DNA of 64,000 bases, taken from assembly GCF_009914755.1 (NCBI RefSeq), contig NC_060948.1; one strand, given 5' to 3'. The notes beneath the pieces were generated by a model, which was not told the origin of the DNA, searched no databases, and saw only the letters and a program-made list of their open reading frames with translations. Both the position numbers and the translations under genes were made by a program. This stretch comes from the human T2T-CHM13v2.0 reference genome, Homo sapiens. Shown piece by piece: positions 1 through 13,600 of the stretch. Within the stretch, counting starts at the first letter, position 1. Each line of letters opens with the position of its first letter.

Positions 1-530
1 GAATGGAATGGAATCGAATGGAAAGGACTCGAATGGAAATCACTCGAATAGAATGCAATTTAATAAAGTAGGATCAAATGTAATGGAATGGAATGGAAAG
101 GAATCGAAACGAAAGGAATGGAGACAGATGGAATGGAATGGAACAGAGAGCAATGGTATAGAATGGAATGGAATCATCTGGAATGGAATTGAATGGAATG
201 GAATAATATGAAATGGAATGGAATGGAATGGAATGAAATGCCCTTGAATTAAATGGACTGGAATGGAATGGACTCGAACAGAGTGGAATGGAAAGTGTTG
301 AGATAGAATGGAATGGACTCCTTTGGAATGGTGTAGTATGCAATGCAATCGACTGGCAGGGAATCAAAAGGAATGTAATGGAATGGATTGGACTGGAATG
401 CAATGGACTCGAATAGATTGGAAACGGAATGCAAAGGAATGGAATGGAATAGTATGGAATGGAATGGAAAGGAATGGAGTGGAATAGACTAGAGTGGAAT
501 GCAATGGACTGGAAAGCAATGGACTGGAAT

Positions 531-545
531 GGAACTTTCTTGAAT
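531..545. promoter_or_regulatory. Perfect 3-unit heat-shock element motif HSE-a, gGAActTTCttGAAt (recurs in all 18 units)
   Basis: Direct match to the HSF consensus nGAAnnTTCnnGAAn. Binding is not demonstrated by the sequence. Confidence 0.6.
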
Positions 546-1959
546 GGACTGGAATCAAACGGAATGGAATGCAATGCAATCAAATGGCATGGAATAAAAT
601 AGAATGAAAGAGAATCAAATGGAATTGAATCGAATGGAATCGAATGGATTGGAAAGGAATAGAATGGAATGGAATGGAATGGACTAGAATGGAATGGATT
701 CGAATGGAAGGCAAAGGAATGGAATCTATTGGAATGGACTGTAATGGAATGGAATGGAAGGGATTGGAATGGACTCGAATGGAATGGACTGCAATAGAAA
801 GGATTCGAATGGAATGAAAAAGAATTGAATGGAATAGAACAGAATGGAATCAAATCGAATGAAATGGAATGGAATAGAAAGGAATGGAATGAAATGGAAT
901 GGAAAGGATTCGAATGGAATGCAATCGAATGGAATGGAATCGAACGGAATGGAATAAAATGGAAGAAAACTGGCAAGAAATGGAATCGAAATGAATGGAG
1001 TGTTATGGAACGGACTCAAAAGGAATTGAATGTAATAGAATGGAGTGGAGTGGACTCGAATATAATGGACTGGAATGGAATGAAATCACATGGAATGGGA
1101 ACGAATGGAATGGAATGGAAAGGAATGGAATCGAATGGAAAGGAATCGAATGGAAGGGAATGAAATTGAATCAACAGGAATGGAAGGGAATAGAATAGAC
1201 GGTAATGGAATGGACTCGAATAGAATGGACACGAATGCTGAAATTGAATGGACTCGAATGGAATGGAAACGAAAGGAATGTCATCGAATGGAATTGAATC
1301 GATTGGAATGAAATCGCATAGAATGGAGTGGAATCAAATGGAATTGAATCGAAAGGAAAGGAAGCGAATGGACTGAAATGAAATGGAATGGAATTGAATG
1401 GAAAGTAATGCAATGGAATAGAATGGAACGAAATTTCACGGAATGGAATCAAACTGAATGGAATCAAATCAATGGAATCAAATCAAATGGAATGGAAAGG
1501 AATTGAATGGAGTAGATTGGATTGGATGGGATTGGAATGAAATGTACTGGAAAGGACTCGAATTTCATGAAACGGAATGGAATGAATTGGAACGGAATGG
1601 ACTCGAATGGAATGGAATGTCATGAAATGGCATCAAATGGAATGGCATCAAATGGAATGGAATCGAATGCAATGGAATGCTATGGAATGGAATGGAATGC
1701 ATTGGAATGGAATGTCCTCTAATGGAATGGATTCGAGTGGAATGGAATCGAATATAATGGAGTCGAATGAAATGGAATTGAAAGGAATGGGATCGAATAC
1801 AATGGAATATACTGGAATGTAATGTAATGAACTCGAATGTAATTGACTGGAATGGAATGTACATGAATGGAATGTAATCGAATGGAAAGTAATCCAATGG
1901 AATAGAATCTAATGCAATAAAATCGACTCAGATAGAGTAGAATGTAATGGAATGGAGTG

Positions 1960-2045
1960 CAGTGCAATGGAATGGAATGGAATGGAATGCAATGGAATGG
2001 AATGGAATGGAATGGAATGTAATGGGATGGAATGGGATGGAATGG
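1960..2045. repeat. Near-perfect (GGAAT)n tract, length-variable between units (one per unit)
   Basis: Lies between GTGCAGTGCAAT and GGTATGGAATGGATAG. The distance between flanking anchors varies from 200 to 245 bp in 5-bp steps. Confidence 0.85.
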
Positions 2046-2262
2046 TATGGAATGGATAGTAATGGACTGGAGTGTAATGGACTGGAAAGGAATGGACTCA
2101 AATTGAAAGGGCTCGAAAGGAATGGAGTCAAATGGAATGGTCTGGAATGGAATGAACACGAATGTAATGCAATCCAATAGAATGGAATCGAATGGCATGG
2201 AATATAAAGAAATGGAATCGAAGAGAATGGAAACAAATGGAATGGAATTGAATGGAATGGAA

Positions 2263-2416
2263 TTGAATGGAATGGGAACGAATGGAGTGAAATTGTATGC
2301 AGTAGAAGGGAATAGAATGGAATGCAAGCGAAAGGAAAGGAATGGATTGGAATGGAATGGAATTCATTGGAATGGAAGGGAATGTAGTGTAATGGACAGG
2401 CCTGGAATAAAGTGGA
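2263..2416. other. DYZ1 diagnostic segment: Y-sexing PCR amplicon region with the EcoRI site (2360-2365) and HaeIII/StuI site (AGGCCT 2398-2403)
   Basis: TTGAATGGAATGGGAACGAATGG at 2263-2285 and the reverse complement of TCCACTTTATTCCAGGCCTGTCC at 2394-2416 match the Y1.2/Y1.1 primers as I remember them; span 154 bp. Confidence 0.85.
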
Positions 2417-2773
2417 ATGCTACGGTCTCGAATGGAATAAAAATGTATGGAATGGAATGCAATGAAACGGAATCGAATGTCATAGAATGTAATGGAATGC
2501 AAAAAAATGGAATCCAAAATCATTGACTGGAAAGGCTGGGTGTCGAAAGGAATTGACTCCAATGGAATGGAATCGAATGGAATGGAAGTGAATAGAATCG
2601 AACTAAATCGAATGGAATGGAATTGATAGGAACGGAATGGAAAGGAATGCAATGATTTGGCATGGAATGGAATCGAATGGCATCGAATGGAATGGAATGG
2701 AATGCAATGGAATGGAATGTATTAGAATGTAATGAACTTTAATGGAATGTACTCGAATGGATTCGACTGGAAT

Positions 2774-2788
2774 GGAATGTTCTGGAAG
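2774..2788. promoter_or_regulatory. Perfect 3-unit heat-shock element motif HSE-b, gGAAtgTTCtgGAAg (recurs in all 18 units)
   Basis: Direct match to nGAAnnTTCnnGAAn. Confidence 0.6.
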
Positions 2789-3053
2789 TGAATGGACTCC
2801 AATGGAATGGATTCAAAAGGAATGGAATCGTACGGAATGGAATCTAATGGAATGGAATTAAATGGAAATGAATCAAATTGAATAGCACGCAATTGAATTG
2901 AATGGAATGGAATGCAATGGAATCTAATGAAACGGAAAGGAAAGGAATGGAATGGAATGGAATGGGCTGGAATGGAAAGGAATCGAAACGAATGGAATGG
3001 AATCGAACTGAAGAGACTGGAATGGAATGCACTGGAATGGAAGGGAGTGTAAT

Positions 3054-3068
3054 GGAAGGTTCTCGAAA
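3054..3068. promoter_or_regulatory. Perfect 3-unit heat-shock element motif HSE-c, gGAAggTTCtcGAAa (recurs in all 18 units)
   Basis: Direct match to nGAAnnTTCnnGAAn; contains a CpG. Confidence 0.6.
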
Positions 3069-3556
3069 AAAATGGAATGGAATGGAATGGAATTGAATGG
3101 AACGGAATAGAGTCGAATGGAATTGAATGGAATGGAATGGACTAGAGTGAAATGGAATCGAACCACAAGGAATGGACAGGAATAGAATGGTCTCGAATTG
3201 AATGGAATCGTATGGAATGGCATCAAACGGAATGGAATGGACAGCCACGGAATGGAATGCACTCGAATGCAATGGAGTCGAAACTAATGGACTGGAATAG
3301 AATGGACTCGACTGGTACGGACTCCAATGGAATGGAATCGAATGGAAGGGAATCGAACGGAATGGACTCGAAGGGAAAAGACTGCAATGGAAAGGTCTCG
3401 AATGGAATGGAAATTAATGGAATGGAATGGAATCGAATGAAATGGAGTCAAAAGGAATGGAATCGAATGGCAAGAAATCGAATGTAATGGAATCACAAGG
3501 AATTGATGTGAACGGAACGGAATGGAATGGAATCCAAAGGAATGGAATAGAATGGA

Positions 3557-6500
3557 ATGGAATCGAATGGAAAGGACTCGAATGGAAATCACTCGAATAG
3601 AATGCAATTTAATAAAATAGGATCAAATGTAATGGAATGGAATGGAAAGGAATCGAAACGAAAGAAATGGAGACAGATGGAATGGAATGGAACAGAGAGC
3701 AATGGTATAGAATGGAATGGAATCATCTGGAATGGAATTGAATGGAATGGAATAATATGAAATGGAATGGAATGGAATGGAATGGAATGCCCTTGAATTA
3801 AATGGACTGGAATGGAATGGACTCGAACAGAGTGGAATGGAAAGTGTTGAGATAGAATGGAATGGACTCCTTTGGAATGGTGTAGTATGCAATGCAATCG
3901 ACTGGCAGGGAATCAAAAGGAATGTAATGGAATGGATTGGACTGGAATGCAATGGACTCGAATAGATTGGAAACGGAATGCAAAGGAATGGAATGGAATA
4001 GTATGGAATGGAATGGAAAGGAATGGAGTGGAATAGACTAGAGTGGAATGGAATGGACTGGAAAGCAATGGACTGGAATGGAACTTTCTTGAATGGACTG
4101 GAATCAAACGGAATGGAATGCAATGCAATCAAATGGCATGGAATAAAATAGAATGAAAGAGAATCAAATGGAATTGAATCGAATGGAATCGAATGGATTG
4201 GAAAGGAATAGAATGGAATGGAATGGAATGGACTAGAATGGAATGGATTCGAATGGAAGGCAAAGGAATGGAATCTATTGGAATGGACTGTAATGGAATG
4301 GAATGGAAGGGATTGGAATGGATTCGAATGGAATGGACTGCAATAGAAAGGATTCGAATGGAATGAAAAAGAATTGAATGGAATAGAACAGAATGGAATC
4401 AAATCGAATGAAATGGAATGGAATAGAAAGGAATGGAATGAAATGGAATGGAAAGGATTCGAATGGAATGCAATCGAATGGAATGAAATCGAACGGAATG
4501 GAATAAAATGGAAGAAAACTGGCAAGAAATGGAATCGAAATGAATGGAGTGTTATGGAACGGACTCAAAAGGAATTGAATGTAATAGAATGGAGTGGAGT
4601 GGACTCGAATATAATGGACTGGAATGGAATGAAATCACATGGAATGGGAACGAATGGAATGGAATGGAAAGGAATGGAATCGAATGGAAAGGAAACGAAC
4701 GGAAGGGAATGAAATTGAATCAACAGGAATGGAAGGGAATAGAATAGACGGTAATGGAATGGACTCGAATAGAATGGACACGAATGCTGAAATCGAATGG
4801 ACTCGAATGGAATGGAAACGAAAGGAATGTCATCGAATGGAATTGAATCGATTGGAATGAAATCGCATAGAATGGAGTGGAATCAAATGGAATTGAATCG
4901 AAAGGAAAGGAAGCGAATGGACTGAAATGAAATGGAATGGAATTGAATGGAAAGTAATGCAATGGAATAGAATGGAACGAAATTTCACGGAATGGAATCA
5001 AACTGAATGGAATCAAATCAATGGAATCAAATCAAATGGAATGGAAAGGAATTGAATGGAGTAGATTGGATTGGATGGGATTGGAATGAAATGTACTGGA
5101 AAGGACTCGAATTTCATGAAACGGAATGGAATGAATTGGAACGGAATGGACTCGAATGGAATGGAATGTCATGGAATGGCATCAAATGGAATGGTATCAA
5201 ATGGAATGGAATCGAATGCAATGGAATGCTATGGAATGGAATGGAATGCATTGGAATGGAATGTCCTCTAATGGAATGGATTCGAGTGGAATGGAATCGA
5301 ATATAATGGAGTCGAATGAAATGGAATTGAAAGGAATGGGATCGAATACAATGGAATATACTGGAATGTAATGTAATGAACTCGAATGTAATTGACTGGA
5401 ATGGAATGTACATGAATGGAATGTAATCGAATGGAAAGTAATCCAATGGAATAGAATCTAATGCAATAAAATCGACTCAGATAGAGTAGAATGTAATGGA
5501 ATGGAGTGTAGTGCAATGGAATGGAATGGAATGGAATGCAATTGAATGGAATGGAATGGAATGGAATGGAATGGGATGGAATGGTATGGAATGGATAGTA
5601 GTGGACTGGAGTGAAATGGACTGGAAAGGAATGGACTCAAATTGAAAGGGCTCGAAAGGAATGGAGTCAAATGGAATGGTCTGGAATGGAATGAACACGA
5701 ATGTAATGCAATCCGATAGAATGGAATCGAATGGCATGGAATATAAAGAAATGGAATCGAAGAGAATGGAAACAAATGGAATGGAATTGAATGGAATGGA
5801 ATTGAATGGAATGCGAACGAATGGAGTGAAATTGTATGCAGTAGAAGGGAATAGAATGGAATGCAAGCGAAAGGAAAGGAATGGATTGGAATGGAATGGA
5901 ATTCATTGGAATGGAAGGGAATGTAGTGTAATGGACAGGCCTGGAATAAAGTGGAATGCTACTGTCTCGAATGGAATAAAAATGTATGGAATGGAATGCA
6001 ATGAAACGGAATCGAATGTCATAGAATGTAATGGAATGCAAAAAAATGGAATCCAAAATCATTGACTGGAAAGGCTGGGTGTCGAAAGGAATTGACTCCA
6101 ATGGAATGGAATCGAATGGAATGGAAGTGAATAGAATCGAACTAAATCGAATGGAATGGAATTGATAAGAACGGAATGGAAAGGAATGCAATGATTTGGC
6201 ATGGAATGGAATCGAATGGCATCGAATGGAATGGAATGGAATGCAATGGAATGGAATGTATTAGAATGTAATGAACTTTAATGGAATGTACTCGAATGGA
6301 TTCGACTGGAATGGAATGTTCTGGAAGTGAATGGACTCCAATGGAATGGATTCAAAAGGAATGGAATCGTACGGAATGGAATCTAATGGAATGGAATTAA
6401 ATGGAAATGAATCAAATTGAATAGCACGGAATTGAATTGAATGGAATGGAATGCAATGGAATCTAATGAAACGGAAAGGAAAGGAATGGAATGGAATGGA

Positions 6501-7095
6501 ATGGGCTGGAATGGAAAGGAATCGAAACGAATGGAATGGAATCGAACTGAAGAGACTGGAATGGAATGCACTGGAATGGAAGGGAGTGTAATGGAAGGTT
6601 CTCGAAAAAAATGGAATCGAATGGAATGGAATTGAATGGAACGGAATAGAGTCGAATGGAATTGAATGGAATGGAATGGACTAGAGTGAAATGGAATCGA
6701 ACCACAAGGAATGGACAGGAATAGAATGGTCTCGAATTGAATGGAATCGTATGGAATGGCATCAAACGGAATGGAATGGACAGCCACGGAATGGAATGCA
6801 CTCGAATGCAATGGAGTCGAAACTAATGGACTGGAATAGAATGGACTCGACTGGTACGGACTCCAATGGAATGGAATCGAATGGAAGGGAATCGAACGGA
6901 ATGGACTCGAAGGGAAAAGACTGCAATGGAAAGGTCTCGAATGGAATGGAAATTAATGGAATGGAATGGAATCGAATGAAATGGAGTCAAAAGGAATGGA
7001 ATCGAATGGCAAGAAATCGAATGTAATGGAATCGCAAGGAATTGATGTGAACGGAACGGAATGGAATGGAATCCAAAGGAATGGAATAGAATGGA
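3557..7095. repeat. DYZ1 unit U2 (3539 bp)
   Basis: Landmark spacing; no 15-bp insertion; GCTGAAAT allele as in U1. Confidence 0.9.
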
Positions 7096-10000
7096 ATGGA
7101 ATCGAATGGAAAGGACTCGAATGGAAATCACTCGAATAGAATGCAATTTAATAAAATAGGATCAAATGTAATGGAATGGAATGGAAAGGAATCGAAACGA
7201 AAGGAATGGAGACAGATGGAATGGAATGGAACAGAGAGCAATGGTATAGAATGGAATGGAATCATCTGGAATGGAATTGAATGGAATGGAATAATATGAA
7301 AAGGAATGGAATGGAATGGAATGGAATGTCCTTGAATTAAATGGACTGGAATGGAATGGACTCGAACAGAGTGGAATGGAAAGTGTTGAGATAGAATGGA
7401 ATGGACTCCTTTGGAATGGTGTAGTATGCAATGCAATCGACTGGCAGGGAATCAAAAGGAATGTAATGGAATGGATTGGACTGGAATGCAATGGACTCGA
7501 ATAGATTGGAAACGGAATGCAAAGGAATGGAATGGAATAGTATGGAATGGAATGGAAAGGAATGGAGTGGAATAGACTAGAGTGGAATGGAATGGACTGG
7601 AAAGCAATGGACTGGAATGGAACTTTCTTGAATGGACTGGAATCAAACGGAATGGAATGCAATGCAATCAAATGGCATGGAATAAAATAGAAGGAAAGAG
7701 AATCAAATGGAATTGAATCGAATGGAATCGAATGGATTGGAAAGGAATAGAATGGAATGGAATGGAATTGACTCAAATGGAATGGACTATAATGGAATGG
7801 ATTCGAATGGAAGGCAAAGGAATGGAATCTATTGGAATGGACTGTAATGGAATGGAATGGAAGGGATTGGAATGGACTCGAATGGAATGGACTGCAATAG
7901 AAAGGATTCGAATGGAATGAAAAAGAATTGAATGGAATAGAACAGAATGGAATCAAATCGAATGAAATGGAATGGAATAGAAAGGAATGGAATGAAATGG
8001 AATGGAAAGGATTCGAATGGAATGCAATCGAATGGAATGGAATCGAACGGAATGGAATAAAATGGAAGAAAACTGGCAAGAAATGGAATCGAAATGAATG
8101 GAGTGTTATGGAACGGACTCAAAAGGAATTGAATGTAATAGAATGGAGTGGAGTGGACTCGAATATAATGGACTGGAATGGAATGAAATCACACGGAATG
8201 GGAACGAATGGAATGGAATGGAAAGGAATGGAATCGAATGGAAAGGAATCGAATGGAAGGGAATGAAATTGAATCAACAGGAATGGAAGGGAATAGAATA
8301 GACGGTAATGGAATGGACTCGAATAGAATGGACACGAATGCTCAAATTGAATGGACTCGAATGGAATGGAAACGAAAGGAATGTCATCGAATGGAATTGA
8401 ATCGATTGGAATGAAATCGCATAGAATGGAGTGGAATCAAATGGAATTGAATCGAAAGGAAAGGAAGCGAATGGACTGAAATGAAATGGACTGGAATTGA
8501 ATGGAAAGTAATGCAATGGAATAGAATGGAACGAAATTTCACGGAATGGAATCAAACTGAATGGAATCAAATCAATGGAATCAAATTAAATGGAATGGAA
8601 AGGAATTGAATGGAGTAGATTGGATTGGATGAGATTGGAATGAAATGAACTGGAAAGGACTCGAATTTCATGAAACGGAATGGAATGAATTGGAACGGAA
8701 TGGACTCGAATGGAATGGAATGTCATGGAGTGGCATCAAATGGAATGGCATCAAATGGAATGGAATCGAATGCAATGGAATGCTACGGAATGGAATGGAA
8801 TGCATTGGAATGGAATGTCCTCTAATGGAATGGATTCGAGTGGAATGGAATCGAATATAATGGAGTCGAATGAAATGGAATTGAAAGGAATGGGATCTAA
8901 TACAATGGAATATACTGGAATGTAATGTAATGAACTAGAATGTAATTGACTGGAATGGAATGTACATGAATGGAATGTAATCGAATGGAAAGTAATCCAA
9001 TGGAATAGAATCTAATGCAATAAAATCGACTCAGATAGAGTAGAATGTAATGGAATGGAGTGCAGTGCAATGGAATGGAATGGAATGGAATGCAATGGAA
9101 TGGAATGGAATGGAATGGAATGGAATGGAACGGAATGGAATGGAATGGGATGGAATGGTATGGAATGGATAGTAATGGACTGGAGTGAAATGGACTGGAA
9201 AGGAATGGACTCAAATTGAAAGGGCTCGAAAGGAATGCAGTCAAATGCAATGGTCTGGAATGGAATGAACACGAATGTATTGCAATCCAATAGAATGGAA
9301 TCGAATGGCATGGAATATAAAGAAATGGAATCGAAGAGAATGGAAACAAATGGAATGGAATTGAATGGAATGGAATTGAATAGAATGGGAACGAATGGAA
9401 TGAAATTGTATGCAGTAGAAGAGAATAGAATGGAATGCAAGCGAAAGGAAAGGAATGGATTGGAATGGAATGGAATTCATTGGAATGCAAGGGAATGTAG
9501 TGTAATGGACAGGCCTGGAATAAAGTGGAATGCTACGGTCTCGAATGGAATAAAAATGTATGGAATGGAATGCAATGAAACGGAATCGAATGTCATAGAA
9601 TGTAATGGAATGCAAAAAAATGGAATCCAAAATCATTGACTGGAAAGGCTGGGTGTCGAAAGGAATTGACTCCAATGGAATGGAATCAAATGGAATGGAA
9701 GTGAATAGAATCGAACTAAATCGAATGGAATGGAATTGATAGGAACGGAATGGAAAGGAATGCAATGATTTGGCATGGAATGGAATCGAATGGCATCGAA
9801 TGGAATGGAATGGAATGCAATGGAATGGAATGTATTAGAATGTAATGAACTTTAATGGAATGTACTCGAATGGATTCGACTGGAATGGAATGTTCTGGAA
9901 GTGAATGGACTCCAATGGAATGGATTCCAAAGGAATGGAATCGTACGGAATGGAATCTAATGGAATGGAATTAAATGGAAATGAATCAAATTGAATAGCA

Positions 10001-10669
10001 CGGAATTGAATTGAATGGAATGGAATGCAATGGAATCTAATGAAACGGAAAGGAAAGGAATGGAATGGAATGGAATGGGCTGGAATGGAAAGGAATCGAA
10101 ACGAATGGAATGGAATCGAACTGAAGAGACTGGAATGGAATGCACTGGAATGGAAGGGAGTGTAATGGAAGGTTCTCGAAAAAAATGGAATCAAATGGAA
10201 TGGAATTGAATGGAACGGAATAGAGTCGAATGGAATTGAATGGAATGGAATGGACTAGAGTGAAATGGAATCGAACCACAAGGAATGGACAGGAATAGAA
10301 TGGTCTCGAATTGAATGGAATCGTATGGAATGGCATCAAACGGAATGGAATGGACAGCCACGGAATGGAATGCACTCGAATGCAATGGAGTCGAAACTAA
10401 TGGACTGGAATAGAATGGACTCGACTGGTACGGACTCCAATGGAATGGAATCGAATGGAAGGGAATCGAACGGAATGGACTCGAAGGGAAAAGACTGCAA
10501 TGGAAAGGTCTCGAATGGAATGGAAATTAATGGAATGGAATGGAATCGAATGAAAAGGAGTCAAAAGGAATGGAATCGAATGGCAAGAAATCGAATGTAA
10601 TGGAATCGCAAGGAATTGATGTGAACGGAACGGAATGGAATGGAATCCAAAGGAATGGAATAGAATGGA
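7096..10669. repeat. DYZ1 unit U3 (3574 bp)
   Basis: Landmark spacing; has the 15-bp insertion; distal-half variants shared with U5. Confidence 0.9.
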
Positions 10670-13600
10670 ATGGAATCGAATGGAAAGGACTCGAATGGAA
10701 ATCACTCGAATAGAATGCAATTTAATAAAATAGGATCAAATGTAATGGAATGGAATGGAAAGGAATCGAAACGAAAGGAATGGAGACAGATGGAATGGAA
10801 TGGAACAGAGAGCAATGGTATAGAATGGAATGGAATCATCTGGAATGGAATTGAATGGAATGGAATAATATGAAATGGAATGGAATGGAATGGAATGGAA
10901 TGGAATGCCCTTGAATTAAATGGACTGGAATGGAATGGACTCGAACAGAGTGGAATGGAAAGTGTTGAGATAGAATGGAATGGACTCCTTTGGAATGGTG
11001 TAGTATGCAATGCAATCGACTGGCAGGGAATCAAAAGGAATGTAATGGAATGGATTGGACTGGAATGCAATGGACTCGAATAGATTGGAAACGGAATGCA
11101 AAGGAATGGAATGGAATAGTATGGAATGGAATGGAAAGGAATGGAGTGGAATAGACTAGAGTGGAATGGAATGGACTGGAAAGCCATGGACTGGAATGGA
11201 ACTTTCTTGAATGGACTGGAATCAAACGGAATGGAATGCAATGCAATCAAATGGCATGGAATAAAATAGAATGAAAGAGAATCAAATGGAATTGAATCGA
11301 ATGGAATCGAATGGATTGGAAAGGAATAGAATGGAATGGAATGGAATGGACTAGAATGGAATGGATTCGAATGGAAGGCAAAGGAATGGAATCTATTGGA
11401 ATGGACTGTAATGGAATGGAATGGAAGGGATTGGAATGGACTCGAATGGAATGGACTGCAATAGAAAGGATTCGAATGGAATGAAAAAGAATTGAATGGA
11501 ATAGAACAGAATGGAATCAAATCGAATGAAATGGAATGGAATAGAAAGGAATGGAATGAAATGGAATGGAAAGGATTCGAATGGAATGCAATCGAATGGA
11601 ATGGAATCGAACGGAATGGAATAAAATGGAAGAAAACTGGCAAGAAATGGAATCGAAATGAATGGAGTGTTATGGAACGGACTCAAAAGGAATTGAATGT
11701 AATAGAATGGAGTGTAGTGGATTCGAATATAATGGACTGGAATGGAATGAAATCACATGGAATGGGAACGAATGGAATGGAATGGAAAGGAATGGAATCG
11801 AATGGAAAGGAATCGAATGGAAGGGAATGAAATTGAATCAACAGGAATGGAAGGGAATAGAATAGACGGTAATGGAATGGACTCGAATAGAATGGACACG
11901 AATGCTCAAATTGAATGGACTCGAGTGGAATGGAAACGAAAGGAATGTCATCGAATGGAATTGAATCGATTGGAATGAAATCGCATAGAATGGAGTGGAA
12001 TCAAATGGAATTGAATCGAAAGGAAAGGAAGCGAATGGACTGAAATGAAATGGAATGGAATTGAATGGAAAGTAATGCAATGGAATAGAATGGAACGAAA
12101 TTTCACGGAATGGAATCAAACTGAATGGAATCAAATCAATGGAATCAAATCAAATGGAATGGAAAGGAATTGAATGGAGTAGATTGGATTGGATGGGATT
12201 GGAATGAAATGTACTGGAAAGGACTCGAATTTCATGAAACGGAATGGAATGAATTGGAACGGAATGGACTCGAATGGAATGGAATGTCATGGAATGGCAT
12301 CAAATGGAATGGCATCAAATGGAATGGAATCGAATGCAATGGAATGCTATGGAATGGAATGGAATGCATTGGAATGGAATGTCCTCTAATGGAATGGATT
12401 CGAGTGGAATGGAATCGAATATAATGGAGTCGAATGAAATGGAATTGAAAAGAATGGGATCGAATACAATGGAATATACTGGAATGTAATGTAATGAACT
12501 CGAATGTAATTGACTGGAATGGAATGTACATGAATGGAATGTAATCGAATGGAAAGTAATCCAATGGAATAGAATCTAATGCAATAAAATCGACTCAGAT
12601 AGAGTAGAATGTAATGGAATGGAGTGCAGTGCAATGGAATGGAATGGAATGGAATGCAATGGAATGGAATGGAATGGAATGGAATGGAATGGAATGGAAT
12701 GGGATGGGTTGGAATGGTATGGAATGGATAGTAATGGACTGGAGTGAAATGGACTGGAAAGGAATGGACTCAAATTGAAAGGGCTCGAAAGGAATGGAGT
12801 CAAATGGAATGGTCTGGAATGGAATGAACACGAATGTAATGCAATCCAATAGAATGGAATCGAATGGCATGGAATATAAAGAAATGGAATCGAAGAGAAT
12901 GGAAAAAAATGGAATGGAATTGAATGGAATGGAATTGAATGGAATGGGAACGAATGGAGTGAAATTTTATGCAGTAGAAAGGAATAGAATGGAATGCAAG
13001 CGAAAGGAAAGGAATGGATTGGAATGGAATGGAATTCATTGGAATGGAAGGGAATGTAGTGTAATGGACAGGCCTGGAATAAAGTGGAATGCTACGGTCT
13101 CGAATGGAATAAAAATGTATGGAATGGAATGCAATGAAACGGAATCGAATGTCATAGAATGTAATGGAATGCAAAAAAATGGAATCCAAAATCATTGACT
13201 GGAAAGGCTGGGTGTCGAAAGGAATTGACTCCAATGGAATGGAATCGAATGGAATGGAAGTGAATAGAATCGAACTAAATCGAATGGAATGGAATTGATA
13301 GGAACGGAATGGAAAGGAATGCAATGATTTGGCATGGAATGGAATCGAATGGCATCGAATGGAATGGAATGGAATGCAATGGAATGGAATGTATTAGAAT
13401 GTAATGAACTTTAATGGAATGTACTCGAATGGATTCGACTGGAATGGAATGTTCCGGAAGTGAATGGACTCCAATGGAATGGATTCAAAAGGAATGGAAT
13501 CGTACGGAATGGAATCTAATGGAATGGAATTAAATGGAAATGAATCAAATTGAATAGCACGGAATTGAATTGAATGGAATCGAATGCAATGGAATCTAAT

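Larger units (their letters stand above)
8..3556. repeat. DYZ1 unit U1 (3549 bp); lacks the 15-bp GACTCAAAT insertion
   Basis: Landmark spacing 8->3557. Confidence 0.9.

Noticed and set aside
74-976. 300-313 aa minus-strand ORF (MPVFFHFIPF...FHSIP repeats) recurring in most units
   Set aside because: (ATTCC)n has no stop codons in any frame and translates to FHSIP repeats. The ORF is broken or shortened in U7, U9 and U17, changes its C-terminus with pentamer slippage, and the frame-preserving 15-bp indel is simply 3 pentamers. There is no evidence of coding function.
1428-1575. GAAATTTCACGGA (~1430) and GAATTTCATGAA (~1560) as further HSEs
   Set aside because: Each has only two correctly spaced inverted nGAAn units, so they were not counted as perfect elements.
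62-2411. AATAAA hexamers (for example ~62, ~593, ~953, ~1916, ~2406) as polyadenylation signals
   Set aside because: They are easily generated from GGAAT followed by an A-rich pentamer. There is no evident downstream GU/U-rich element and no transcript evidence.
2122-2526. Plus-strand MEWNG-repeat ORFs (60-158 aa) in every unit
   Set aside because: Direct translation of (GGAAT)n. An ATG occurs every 5 bp, so starts are meaningless, and overlapping ORFs appear in all frames.
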